Assembly (NCBI RefSeq): GCF_963506605.1
Contig: NC_083276.1
Location: 32,984,001-33,048,000 of the forward strand
DNA length: 64,000 nucleotides
Reading direction: 5' to 3'
Source of the DNA: Zootoca vivipara
Taxonomy: Eukaryota
Shown here: positions 28,415 to 42,263 of the stretch, piece after piece
How the letters are laid out: each line of letters starts with the position of its first letter
Numbering within the stretch: the first letter of the stretch is position 1
Notes under the pieces: model-generated
The model's database searches: none
What the model saw: only the letters and a program-made list of their open reading frames with translations
Told to the model about the DNA's origin: nothing
Made by a program: the position numbers and the translations under genes

Positions 28415-30073
28415 TAGGGCTCATGGAGTTGGTAGTTCAGTGACATTCAGGGGGCCACAGATTACCCACACCTGGTCTGCTGGATAGCTTTCAAAATTTA
28501 ACCATTTAATACAATTGTGTCTCTCAGTTTCACAGCGGATTTCTTTTCAAAAATTTACAGAAGCACATTCAATTGTACTTAAATAAGGTTTATAGAGTTT
28601 TGCTGCAAAAATAACACCATATGCTAATTCTGTGTTGTTTTACAATCAGAGGTAATTGAAATAGGTAAAGTTATATTGAGTGCTCTTTGTTAAGCATTTC
28701 AGGGTACTCTGCTTCTCTCTTGGCTTAACTGATTCTGGAATCAATTTTGGGCCCAATTCCAAGTGCCAGCTTTGACCTATAAAATTCTACACAACTAGAA
28801 ACATCAGTACCAGGGAGGATACCTACCAGCCCAGCCTTTAATGGCGAAGACTGAGACACCTTCTACATGTACCTCCTCAATCTGAAGTTTAAATAATAAC
28901 CATGAGAGAAAGGGCCTTTTCATTGTTTTCGGTCTGGTAAGCAATGCTGTCCCAAGTGAATCTCCCCTCCATTGCTGTCCTCCTGGCACACACACTCCAG
29001 CCTTTTAAGGTCATGTTATTTTAACCCCTATTAGTGATTTAGCGCCTGTGATTTATACTGCATTTTAGTATGTTGGGTTTTTTGTACTTGAGTTTTTGTT
29101 GAGCTGGATGTTTAAAGTCTATGTCACTTTTTATTGTATTATGTTTTTGTACAACCTCCAGACTAGAGAACTCATTTTATGAGACACCCAGCAGATGTAA
29201 GTAATAAATAGTATTCAAGCTTCTCTTTTATCTTCTCTGTTTTGACAGACGCTTCCATGTGATGAGAAATGTAATTTTCCCCAGTGTGCATGTAAGCACT
29301 GCCAAAACTTAATAGTAAATCAAGGCTATGTCCTAACACAAGATACAAGGTTGTAGCCAATGTTAATCATTGACCCATTGAAATTAATAGACATGACTGA
29401 ATTAGGCCCATTAATTTTAATGGGTATACTTTGAATTAGTTGGGTACAGCCCACTGTATCTGCTTCATTTCATTGTGTTTCCAGAATGAACTATACATGG
29501 ATGTAAGGAGGAGAAAGTATTAGAGAAAGAGATTAAATGGATAATGAGAGGTGTTTGATCTTTCGGCTGAATGCTCCAGTCAACCTAATTTCTCTATTAC
29601 AGGCTGCTCATCTAGCAGTTCTGGACAGTTTCGCCGATGCAAATTTGCTTGATCTTTTGGATGAGAGAGGCATGTTTTAACGAGCTCAGCTTAGTGTGAT
29701 AAACACCTCGTCGGCTGCTTGGCCTTAATGGCTAGGTTGGCACACTTACTGTGTTCAAATGTGGTTGGGAATACAAAGTAGCTGATCATTGATTAAATGC
29801 CTACAAGGGAAAGCTGCACTACTGAACAGCGACAACAAAAGACCTGCATTTGTTTTACATTACCTTGGGCCCGGAAATGGATTTAAAATACTGCAGAGAA
29901 GTTCAAAATTAAGAAATGCAACCCATCAAGAACGTACTGTTTGTACAACTAAAAACATTTGCCTTAAATGATCAAACTCAGGGTCTGCTTGTCAAAGTGT
30001 CTTAAGGCTACAACCTGAATCTAGTACAGTATAAATGTTTCTGAAGATGGCATTGTTAAACATCAGAACATAC

Positions 30074-30222
30074 ATGTTTTCAGTAAAGAAGAAGTATGCC
30101 TTCTTCTGCAGAGCAGCCATATGATTTCTGTGCCACTGAGAATATTGCTTCTGCATGTGTTTGCGTCCCAGTATAAGCATCCGTGGATTCTGCTGTGCTA
30201 GGTAGCTGACCACATTCAGCAG
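30074..30222 (-). CDS. PRORP: PRORP exon, 149 nt (LLNVVSYLAQQNPRMLILGRKHMQKQYSQWHRNHMAALQKKAYFFFTEN/M)
   Basis: LGRKHM motif; ttcccatag acceptor, GTATGT donor; phase 0-2. Confidence 0.95.
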
Positions 30223-33200
30223 CTATGGGAAGGAAGAAAAAGAAGTAGCAAACATTCAGTGAACCAGAATTTAAGACAATGAAGACATAAACAAGCTTCT
30301 AATATATGGACCACGCCTTGCATTCTTGTATTTCTAGCTTAATACTGGATAACACATTGTCCTCTATGGACAGATCTGAACCTCTGAATTATTGCAGGCC
30401 ACTGCTAAAGCTGTAATTACATTTAACAAATAAGCCCTTAGCACAGGGAGGCGGGGATCTCGGGCTCAAGGACCAAATACAGACCTCTCTATCTGGCCAG
30501 AAAACTGCTCCCCAGGCTACATACCTTCCCAAGCCAAACCCTCACCAGCCCTGCTTTGCACCCTGTTTGAGTGCTTTTCCCTGTCCGCAATGTGTCATTG
30601 AACTCTGATAATACTTCTTGCTTGCCTGGATGGAGGAGAGGAGCATCTATAAAAGTTAGCCTACTGTTCAAAGATAACATTTACTCTTCCCACTTTTGCC
30701 TCTGACCATTGGCTTGTCACATCGCAAAGGTTGTCCAGAAGGGAATGTGTCCCTTGAGCTGAAAAAAGTTGCCACCCCAGCCTTAAGAGAATATAGGCTG
30801 AAAATTCAGAAAAAAACAATATAGGTGCCTACACTTCTTTCTTCACTTTCCACTGCAGTTAAACTCCCACCTTTTCATATTTTTGGCTTTTCTCTCCCCT
30901 TGCATTCCTACCACCATCCACCCTCAATATCCTGGGGAGAGAGAGAATGCATTGAAACTGTAGAAATGGTTAGGAGTTGGCTGGCAATGAAACACAACAA
31001 GAAGCCAAAGTTATAATAGGAAGGGAGGGTTGGAAGTTGAATCACAGCAAGGATGAGCACAAAGTCTGGCCCAGCTCACATTCTCTTTCCGCCACAAACA
31101 GGGTGAGGTTTGCCCAGCTTGAACTAAGAGAACCTCCCAAGATGTCACACAGCATTTTGCGAAGCCAACTGTGCTACAAGCAGCACAAAAGACCAGATTT
31201 GGACATTGCTTCTAGCATAACCTGAGTCCCTTGAATTGTGTCGCTTCTGCCTACCCCATCTGTATGGTCAAACTGGCCTTGCGGAAAAGCAGTACAGTTT
31301 GAAGAAACCTAGCTTGGCCCTATCTATGGTAAACTTTGAAGGCAGTCTTCAAAAGCCTGATTACCAATGGAAAAGACTTGTGATCACTGTGGAGTACCTG
31401 AAAACAAATCCTGCAAGAATTCAGGATGGCAAAAAGCTATCCGTACTCAGATAAATAGGAAATTCTGCCTTCTTGTTTTGTTTTAGGAGCACTGAATGCC
31501 TCATTCTACCTGCTTCCTTTTATAGTAGTCTGTCTCTAATTTTAGGTGTGGATATTACTGTGGTGGTCTATACATAGCTACAATGAGATTTCCTGTCTGG
31601 TTATACTACTCCCACATATAACTGCTTCTTAGAAAAAGAGCACACAAGAGAAACCACTTTCTGTTAGTCATAAAGAAAACTGAATGGTTCAAATGGTTTG
31701 AATGAGTGAATTTTAAAGCAAACGTTTCTTGCTTTACAATTGCACATATATTCTCCCTTCCAATCACCAAATAATTATTTCCAAAAGGCAAAAACTATAT
31801 TTTTGGGTGCCCAACACACTGCAGATTTCTAATTACCATTGACCTGATCCAGCAGGTCTCTTCTTACATTCTAATGTTAAGATCAGGCCCCAAACGACAC
31901 ACTGCTAAAATCTTTCTAAAGTCTACTTCTAGATCTTTAAGGAAAACATAAAAACCCACAATAAAAGAGGGAAAGAAACAATTTTGCTGTGCTGTTTCTT
32001 TATATTCATCATACTATGTCTGAAAGCTTCCACTCACTTATAGCCCAATCTTCAAACGACAGAATCAAAGAAAAATGTTCCGAGAAATGGCTGGCACTCA
32101 CACTAGTCAAATGCTAAGGACTGTTGCTTTAGAATGGAAAATATTCACTGCTCAATGGGACAATCTGTTCTTAAGAAACTCAATGGAAGTTCATTTTAAA
32201 ATGTGAAGAGGTTTGCTTCTTTTCTGTTGAGAATATGAACCTATGGAGAAAAATATAGTAGCTGACAAAGGGGCTCTGGCCAAATGTGAAAAATGGAAGG
32301 GACTGAGGTGGAGCAGGCAGCAGCACACATGAGCCAGCTAACACATAAAAAAATATAAAAGCGGAAAGACAAAACAGATGAAAACCACAACATATCATAG
32401 GTGATAGTACTTCTTAAACTCGAAAGCACCAATGCAGGGCAAGTGCAAGGACTCTAGAGCGGTTGAGCAAAATTTTCAAACATAATGTGAATACTGTACA
32501 GATATAACATATTTTTGAGGAGATGCTGCAATTCTTTATACTCTGGTATAATATTGCATTCCTATTCACTACAAAATAACAACACTACCCTGAGCCAGCA
32601 TCCAATGGGTATACCTGGGGATCAGTACTGGATTTGTCAATATGCTCTTGGAAACATTTGCCTTTTTAAACTATATTATTCCTCCATCACCAGTTCTATT
32701 GACATCTCCTCACCCTCTGATTCTGCTGTGATGGTCCAAAAATGCTGACAGCCCCATTTGCTGTCACAGTGTAGTTCACAGCAGCTAAGGAAACTACAGT
32801 ATTCATACATTTTTTTAATGTATAGATTTTTTTTAAAAAAAACCAGCCCTGGAACCTTACAGTGAAGGGCAGGTAAGAAAACTACCGTAATTAAAAAAAA
32901 TACTTTAAATAATGCAACCTTTAAAAAAGGGGGAAGGAAAAAACTTAATTAGCAACAGAAGTGCAGATGATCAAATTCAGTAAAAAATGCTTTAAACAAA
33001 TGTGAAAATGTGGTGTGGGTGTGTGTATATGGGGTGTGGGGGGGTGTAAGAGAGGTGGTGAAAGAAGAAAGGAACTCAAGAGGAAAAGGTGGAATTGGCA
33101 ACTTGAATGCATCCCCTGAACAGCTGGGTAATGCCCAAGCATGTTGACAGTGTGATGAAAATTCCCCGGGTTTTTTAGATGGTTGCATCGCTACAAAGAA

Positions 33201-35505
33201 AGTCTGTCAGAATTGTGAATGGCAAATATGAATTCACATGCACAAAATATGCTTTGTCCAAGTTCACATGATACCAAAAGGTACCTTGTAATATTGGCTT
33301 TTGCCTTAATATTTAAAAAGTTTTAGGTGCCTCTCCCAAGTTTTCTGTGCAGATACTACTTGGGTGTTTTCTCAGTCCTAGCACCCCAACCTCGCTGTTC
33401 CTCCTTCCTCAATGGTCAAGGTGACACCACCGATGGGCTCTTGCACAGGGCCCTCCCAAAATCTTGTTAGTCTGTTGGCAGAAGAGGAATACTGATTCAT
33501 TTACCTTATTTGCTTTTAAATCCTGCCCCACATTGCACTGAGACATTCAAGTTAGAATGTAGATATAAAAATATCCCATTAAAATATATAACGTCCACAC
33601 TTGGTTCAAAGGCTGTTTACTGAAATGATTGCTTCTGGTTAGCACTGCAATATGGAATTCTAAGAGCATAGATGAATCATCCAAAGTTGATGATGAGCAG
33701 GTGAAGCGAAGACCCACCAGTATAAGTGGAGTAGATTAGGCAGAGTGGCCATGACTGACTCAGTAAATTTCATGGCCAAGTGGGGACTTGAACTCTGGTC
33801 TTCCAGGTCCTAGTCTGACCCTCTTAACCACTACACTACACTGACTCTCCAAATTATGCATGCTGCAATTAGAGGGCATTTCCCATTGTGGCACTTCCTC
33901 CCCACAGATGTGCATTTGTTTTCCCCAAACTACACCGCACCTGCCATACAGAGACATCATCCACCAACCTCTATGCTTCTGTTGGCTTTTCTACGTTTGT
34001 CCCTTTGGCCAGATCCAGTTTCCCACCCCTTCTCTGTGGCCCACATGATCCCACCCACTGCACTGACATGGTGAAAGCCATCACCAGCTACGTATTTGAA
34101 AACCTCCTGTTAATACTGAAGAGCATTGGATTTGCTCCTTGCTTTGTTTAGTTAAACAAGTATTTAATAATTGCTCCCTGCAGAAGATGTGCCCCTAAAT
34201 ACAAGGCATTTGTAGACAGCGTCCTATCATGTGAATTAGGGCAATTTTTTTTTTAAAAAAGAGAGAACATTGGCAGAGAAGTGGAGACAATTTCCAGGTG
34301 AGCCATTGCACTCAAATCACTTCCACAAGAGGATTGCTGCCACATGGAGCTACGGAAAAAACCTGCACGTGGTTTGCTACCCCACAATCATTGCCCTAGA
34401 GAGCAAAGAGGTTCCCTTCCCTGTTTTGTCATAGTCTCTCAAAAACCATCAGCAATAAGACAGGAAATCTAAAACAGCTACAGTACCACTGTAAACATTG
34501 TGTAATTTAAATCCTTTGCTAGAAGGTGGACCCTTCTTGCCAGAAGGAGAGGAGACCGCCCCACCACAAACAGAGTTTGACTTTGGGGTGCAGATATACC
34601 CCCACAGTCAGAAATGGGATATGTGACAAAAGGGGAATGGGTGAGAGAGTGCATTGTCATGTCTCACAATTGACCGGGGGATGGAAATAGTCACATATTA
34701 GAACACAGGTGCGCATTTGGGCGTAGAAGTTCCAGGCTGACATACGAAAACTACAAAATTATGTAATCAACAGTAGTGATAGTACAACCCCAAGATGACT
34801 GCAATCAATGGGAATTGAGACATCAGTTTGATGGAATTAAAACTGCACCAGGTTATCCGTACAAGCAAGGAACAGCAGCCAACAGTCCCAGTTCCCAGTC
34901 ATGGGCTCATAATCGTTGCACCACATAGCATAAAGAGTGTGTCACACTTTTTAAAAGGTCAGGGTTTTTGTACAACTATCTTCCTCCTTGGGATATGGGA
35001 ACATTTCTCAGAAGGGAATTCCCTGAGTGCTTTTGTAAGAAAAAAAATACAAATTATGACTCAGCCAAATGGCAACTCACCTGCCATAACTTTGTCACAT
35101 AGAAGGAAGTCACCTTTGGGTGAATTCACCTTTGCTGATACGAGAAGGAATACTTCAGGAGGTGGGGTTTTTTTGTGTGTTTTTGCCAAATAAAGGCAGT
35201 GAGTTTCAGCTTCAAGAGGAAAAAATGAGGGATGAGTTCTGGAATACACAATTTTCCCATTCATTTCATGGGAGGATTTGTGAGAGAAGGCCACAAAATA
35301 TACTACAGAACAAAGAAAGGTAGATATCATAGGCTGCAGCAGCAGCAAAAACTAAGCCTTGTAGTACTTTAACTGACTCTAGTCTATGAAATTTTATGCC
35401 ACCCTAATAGTCCTTAAGGTGCCACAAGCCTCTTTGGTCTTCTTCTGCAAAAGGTGACATGGAATTTTGTATTTTGTTTCAGTATTTACAAACCGTACTT
35501 TCATA

Positions 35506-35820
35506 GGGTGGTGCTGTGGTCTAAACCACTGAGCCTAGGGCTTGCCGATCGGAAGGTCGGTGGTTCGAATCCCCACAACGGGGTGAGTTCCCGTTGTTTG
35601 GTCCCAGCTCCTGCCAACCTAGCAGTTCGAAAGCACGTCAAAGTGCAAGTAGATAAATAGGTACCGCTCCGGCGGGAAGGTAAAAGGCGTTTCCATGTGC
35701 TGCTCTGGTTCACCAGAAGCAGCTTAGTCATGCTAGCCACATGACCCGGAAGCTGTCTGCGGACAAATGTCGGCTCCCTCGGCCTATAGAGTGAGATGAG
35801 CGCGCAACCCCAGAGTTGTC
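35506..35820 (+). mobile_element. Sauria SINE lacking tail
   Basis: Similarity to the other copies; flanking TTTCATAGG repeat. Confidence 0.85.
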
Positions 35821-36160
35821 TGGGGTTCGTATTTCATAGGAAATATTTCAAAGTGGTGTATTTGAAGCACTGGATTTTAAAAAAACTTTTCAGAGTCCCA
35901 GCAGCATATTACTTACAATACTTCAAAGGCATACAGTTGCAAGAGAAGAAGAGTGTTTTCCTCAATTGCCTAATTTTCGCAGATTACTCTTGCTAAATTG
36001 CAAGCTGCTATGGCTCAGTATTAAACAGATGTCACAATCCATAAAACACGGATTCTTCAGAGATCTGAGTTCCGGCATTAAGGAAACGAGACAGTCTATT
36101 TTGCAACACCACTGTCTCAAAAAGAGGTTTCCCAAATATGCTCAAGGAGCACTCAGTTCT

Positions 36161-36339
36161 NNNNNNNNNNNNNNNNNNNNNNNNNNNNNNNNNNNNNNNN
36201 NNNNNNNNNNNNNNNNNNNNNNNNNNNNNNNNNNNNNNNNNNNNNNNNNNNNNNNNNNNNNNNNNNNNNNNNNNNNNNNNNNNNNNNNNNNNNNNNNNNN
36301 NNNNNNNNNNNNNNNNNNNNNNNNNNNNNNNNNNNNNNN
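36161..36339. other. Assembly gap (179 N)
   Basis: Run of N. Confidence 1.
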
Positions 36340-39300
36340 ATCTACAAACCAAAACAAGGTGCAAAGGGCATACAGTTAGATTTAAAGAACAGTGTGCCTC
36401 TGAGCATATTCTGAGTTCAATCATTTGTTTTCAGTACCAGAACTGAACCATACTCATAATCTTTCCCCACAAAAGTCCATTTTGAGAGTGGCATTCAACT
36501 ATGTTTTATTCAAGGCAAACCCATTGAAATGAATGGACATGGCTATATGGTTGGTCAATTGATCTCAATCGGTCTACTCTGAGTAAAACTTAGTTGAATG
36601 CCCTGCAAGTTTCCTGCATTTAAGCAGCTGAATTTAAGGAGTAAAAGGTGCCCCTTTGTTGTTGCTAAATGTTAAAACAACTGGGCATCAGAAACTCTTG
36701 TTGATATAACATAAATCATTGCTCAGAAATCTACTATGAGATCCTAGCCTGCCTTCTGTCCAACCCTGCCTTCCAGTACAAAACTATTGGTTACCAATTC
36801 TCAGGGCCCTGGCCCTATAAGAATTATTTTCTTTCCTTGCATATTTTCTCTTAAAAGAATGCATTTCACTTTGACTTGCATAAAGCTGTCTCATACTGTA
36901 AGCTTATACTGACCATGCCCTCCCTGAAGATGCTGGGGACCTTTTCCACAGGAAGTGTGTGATCTCCCACCGAGATACAGCTTCTCCCACTTCAAAGCAG
37001 ATGGGCAAAGGGAAAGTTTAAAGGGTCTCTAAGTCAGCCATTTGGTCCTGATTGGTGAGGGCATAGAAGCTCTCTTCAGGCATTTGGGTGAATGGGCAAT
37101 GGCTCAAACCGTGTATGGGTGGGAGGATGTGGGTGCGCACCGACTGCTTCCAACTTTGCCATTTGTGCCAGCCGCACTCCCTCCGGTCTCAACTTGTAAC
37201 TGTAGGGAGAATCCAGCCTTGCTAAACCGACAACATGGAGGGGGCAAGGGCAGTACACATGGTGGCATTGGGGGTGGGCTGAAGGACGGACACTGTCATG
37301 AACTGGTAGGACACCAAGGAAGAGGAAAAGGATCCCAGCCATGACTGGTACACACCAGGACAAGCTGAAGGTGAGAAAGGGGAGGTTGGGGACTTAGGAG
37401 GATTCTGGGGTGGGGTGGGGTGTGTGCTTTAAATGTATGGTGTGTACAAAGCACCCACTCGCCAGATGTTACGTTATTTTAGGATTTACATGTTCTCTCC
37501 AAAGAAAACGTAGGAAGATTTAAGTAAATTTAAATCTAAATGAACAAAAGGGAATAAGTGAGAGAGAAAGAGAAGTAGGAGCAAGAGATAACGTACACCA
37601 TCCATCAGACACCTGCTGCACTTACACAAATGCAAGCACACCGTTGTTCTTGCTCTCTTGTCTGTGTGTGTTGGGGGGGGGGTGGAAGCACATTACATTA
37701 TATAGGTTGCTTCCATTTTACAATCTTGCCTGACTTGCATCGTGGCACCCTGTCCTTGAAAACAGTTAATTTGGTCCCTGGTTTACTATGCCAATGCGTA
37801 AGAAAAGTGCATCTCAGATTGTAATCTGAGGATGCAATATTCCAGAACCTTCCCCTGCAACCCCCCCCTCTCCATTTTTTTCAATTTCCACATTGTGGTC
37901 TGGATCCAAAGAGCTACTTTAAGCACATCAAAGGGCTTGTGTGCACCCTGGGGGAAATTGCCTTTGAACATCAGACCTCACATGCTGTTTTTGAAAATAC
38001 TCCCTGTTTCAAAAAAAAGTTTTCCCCATACAGCCCTGGCAGGAAGATGGGGAATATTCAGGAAACGTGGCCAAAGCCCCTTTGGGAACACAGAAATGGT
38101 TGTGCAATGGTTGTGCAATTCTTCAAACCTGGCCTCTAGCTAAGGACAGATGGAGGGAGAGGAGAATAAGATCACAGAAAACCTTGTGGCATTTACCAAA
38201 ACACAGCAACAGCTCGCTCCAGCAAGGCAAAAACATCCATGCCTCCAGGCTGTAATTTAGCACAAGCCTGCTGGCCTATCAATTGAGGATGGTTATTCTT
38301 TTTCCCCTGTCCAAATGGCTTTACAATCTTGCAGAATATAATACCTCTGCTCCGAGATCTGCACGGGATGCCCATTTGCTACCAGGCAAAGTTCAGGGTG
38401 TTACTATTCATTATAAAGCCCTTAAACTCTTAGGACGTGTTCCAATATATGCCCACCCACCTGCTTCAAGCTGTAGAACTGGCCATGTTATGGGTGCCAC
38501 ATAATATTCATTCAGTGCTTGTAATAAATTAATCTTTTAACATGGCAACACCTACACCTATGGAAACTACCTCCCTATTAACTAACATAAGGCAGCCAGG
38601 CGCCTTCACTGCACTGCACTGTTGTTCTCTGTTCAGTGCTGGCTTAAAACATTTCTGTTTAGGTAAGCCTACCCTACTGTTGATTTAAATCGTCTCTTGA
38701 ATGTTTTCAAATCCCTGCTAAACGATAACTTCAATGCTTTGTTTTATATTTGTGTAAACCACTTAAAAGGTTCTCTTACAGTCAAGCAGTACATAATTTT
38801 TATTAAATAAAGAAACCCAAATAAAATTGCTGCCCCACCGGGTGAGGGCTAATGCCTGCTCACTGCAGGGGGATACAATGGAAGTGCTTGTGTGCCAGTT
38901 CCCAGGCAGGGTCCATTCCAGGGTTGGAGGTGGAGTCGATATCATTCTGACTCCTATTTCTCTGCAAGGGCAGACAGAGGGTGTACCATGTTCTTCCTCC
39001 ACCTCCTGTATAGGCCCCAATAATATCTGCGCATGGAAACCCTACATGCAAATATCAAAAGGGATTAGTCTTTGAGTTTGGAAACAATGCTTATAATAGT
39101 TTTGGTTTGGATTTTGTTAAAAAAGAGAGAGAGAGAACAATTTAGAAAAAGAGTTTGTTTAAGGTTCATTTTGGTCCAACAGAGATTTTTAACCAACATT
39201 TCAGGTTTCTAGTTCAGGGGTGGGGAAAGAAAATATTTGATGTGGGTTTTTTTAAAAAAACAACTTAGGTTCGGTTAGACTGTCGGTATAAGATTGAAAC

Positions 39301-40226
39301 TCAGGAGATCAATTATAGATTAAAACTCTGTGTCTGACATTAGCAGATTTGCTTTCCATTGTGTGGTTTAAAAAGTGTTCCAAAAATACTCAACAGCTTC
39401 TTGCGGGTTAGTACAGTACACATGAAATTAGGGGAATCACCATTCAAAAGGTCTTGACCTGGGATTTCCTGATATTTAGTCCTGGCCTAGAACAAAATTT
39501 CCTTAATCCAAATACACAAATTATACAATAATTTGTATTTAAATGTGCGATTATTTGTAAAATGATTCTGATCTGAACATGAGAAGTATTTTATCCTACA
39601 TGCAATAATAATCTCTTGTCAGAATTGTCCAAGAAATAAATTAACCCAATCAAACCAAATTTAGTGAGTTAAGATACAGAGGGATTTTTTATACTGTATT
39701 TGAATGGGGCTGTTTGAGATAAAAGACCACCAGACACTTAGCAAACCAAACTAGTGCAAAACAGGGTACAGGATGGTTAGTGATAAAAAATTACCTCGAA
39801 TACAGCCTCTCTTGTGATGCATGTAAAAAAATATGTATGCACATTCATTTTTGGGATATGTGTAAAGCTTATCCCAAGTTAATTATGGAAATGATGCAAT
39901 CCACAAAACAATAGCACAAAGCAGCCCCTCAAATTTGGTAAGTGCTTTGGCCCTGTCCTTCAACCAACACCTGATCATGAAGTTGTGAAAAAAAGCTCAA
40001 TTTCCTTAGAGACATTTTCCTTAATCAATTTTGACTTTTTTTTTTGTCTCTTAAAGGTATTTCTCATTTTTCCTCCCACAGGAGAGCTAGACTTAGTGAT
40101 TTCAAGACTAAGTTGTTTTTCAGGCCCCATAAACACTCAGGGTTGTATACAATGTTAGTCATACTGAGAGTAGATTCATTCATTGAAATGAATGGACATG
40201 ACTAGCTTAGGTTCATTTATTTCCAT

Positions 40227-40331
40227 GTTGTTGTTGTTTAGTTGTTTCGTCGTGTCGAACTCTTCGTTACCCCATGAACCAGAGCATGCCAGGCACTCCT
40301 GTCTTCCACTGCCTCCCGTAGTTTGGTCAAC
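40227..40331 (-). mobile_element. BovB 3'-end fragment nested in a palindromic MITE (~40139-40380)
   Basis: (TTG)n tail plus BovB terminal sequence; host has AGGGTTGTA...TACAACCCT ends. Confidence 0.75.
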
Positions 40332-40419
40332 TTTAAGTAAGATGGTCTACTTTAAGTAAGATGTCATGGACTACAACCCTTGATCTGCTCCTACCAAGAC
40401 AGAAGGTATGAGAGATATA

Positions 40420-40832
40420 TAGTGGTACCTTGGTTTACAAACACAATTGGTTCCGGAAGTCTGTACTTAACCTGAAGCGAACTTTCCCATTGAAAGTAAT
40501 GGAAAGTGGATTAATCCGTTCCAGACAGTCCGTGGAGTACTTAAACTGGAGTGTACTTAACCTGAAGCGAACTTTCCCAATGAAAGTAATGGAAAGTGGA
40601 TGATTAATCTGTTCCAGACGGGTCCGCAGAGTACTCAACCTGAAGCGTACTTAACCCGAGGTATGAGTGTAATTGGTTCCGGAAGTCTGTACTTAACCAG
40701 AAGCGAACTTTCCCATTGAAAGTAATGGAAAGTGGATTAATCCGTTCCAGACAGGTCCGCAGAGTACTTAAACTGAAAATACTCAAACCGAGGCATACTT
40801 AAACCAGGCGTACTTAAACCGAGGTATGACTT
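40420..40832. mobile_element. Tigger-like MITE with three internal ~110-120 bp repeats
   Basis: AGTGGTACCT...GAGGTATGACT ends; repeated GAAGCGAACTTTCCCA(T/A)TGAAAGTAATGGAAAGTG. Confidence 0.85.
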
Positions 40833-41306
40833 TACAAGCCAATATAGTCCTAGAGAAACCATCCTGCCTAACACAAGGATTCACCCTGTCTTCACTCCTT
40901 TTGATCTTTCCATCTGTGCATTGTACCTGTCAAGGTGTCAGGAGTGCTTCATGCTTTGCTATGCTTCCATGCAGAGTATCCTACCTCCACCTCCTAAAAA
41001 CTGACTGGTTTGCCAACACCACCCCACTGGTTAAGGTCACACTTTTTCCTGGGGAGACTGTCAGTTCTTTCAAATTCATGATAGCTTTCCCTCATACAAG
41101 TCTATGAGTGTCTACTTCTTTCAGAGGTCAGTAAGGCCAAAATTGGGCACCCCCAAATGGATCTTCTCAATTATGGACCTTGTCCATTTTGCACCTCTTC
41201 AGCTGCCCGCACCACCCTAAATCCAACACAGCTTCTTTTTGCTTAGCAGTTTATCAAATCACTCCAAGGTTCGACAGACCAGTTTGGTTTCTTTTATAAT
41301 GTCTAT

Positions 41307-42263
41307 TAGAACTGGATATGGAACAACTGATTGGTTCAAAATGGGGAAAGGAGTACGACAAGGTTGTATATTGTCTCCCTGCTTATTTAACTTATATGCA
41401 GAATTCATCATGCGAAAGGCTGGACTAGATGAATCCCAAGCCGGAATTAAGATTGCCGGAAGAAATATCAACAACCTCAGATATGCAGATGACACAACCT
41501 TGATGGCAGAAAGCAAGGAGGAATTAAAGAACCTTTTAACGAGGGTGAAAGAGGAGAGCGCAAAATATGGTCTGAAGCTCAACATCAAAAAAACCAAGAT
41601 CATGGCCACTGGTCCCATCACCTCCTGGCAAATAGAAGAGGAAGAAATGGAAGCAGTGAGAGATTTTACTTTCTTGGGCTCCTTGATCACTGCAGATGGT
41701 GACAGCAGTCACGAAATTAAAAGACGCCTGCTTCTTGGGAGAAAAGCAATGACAAACCTAGACAGCATCTTAAAAAGCAGAGACATCACCTTGCCGACAA
41801 AGGTCCGTATAGTTAAAGCTATGGTTTTCCCAGTAGTGATGTATGGAAGTGAGAGCTGGACCATAAAGAAGGCTGATCGCCGAAGAATTGATGCTTTTGA
41901 ATTATGGTGCTGGAGGAGACTCTTGAGAGTCCCATGGACTGCTAGAAGATCAAACCTATCCATTATTAAGGAAATCAGCCCTGAGTGCTCCCTGGAAGGA
42001 CAGATCGTGAAGCCGAGGCTCCAATACTTTGGCCACCTCAGGAGAAGAGAAGAATCCTTGGAAAAGACCCTGATGTTGGGAAAGATTGAGGGCACTAGGA
42101 GAAGGGGACGACAGAGGACGAGATGGTTGGACAGTGTTATCGAAGCTACGAACATGAGTTTGACCAAACTGCGGGAGGCAGTGCAATACAGGAGTGCCTG
42201 GCGTGCTATGGTCCATGGGGTCACGAAGAGTCGGACACGACTAAACGACTAAACAACAACAAC
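41307..42263 (+). mobile_element. 5'-truncated RTE-BovB LINE with uninterrupted RT/C-terminal ORF
   Basis: GVRQGCILSP, YADD and C-terminal VHGVTKSRTRLND; (CAA)n tail; 11-bp TSD ATAATGTCTAT at 41296-41306 and 42264-42274. Confidence 0.95.

Noticed and set aside
29603-29680. Plus-strand acceptor followed by AAHLAVLDSFADANLLDLLDERGMF*
   Set aside because: No upstream exons or recognisable homology; antisense to PRORP; unsupported without RNA data
35966-36446. ORFs spanning the N run
   Set aside because: Artefact of the assembly gap
41259-42224. Minus-strand ORFs of 143, 171 and 86 aa
   Set aside because: Antisense shadows of the BovB coding frame
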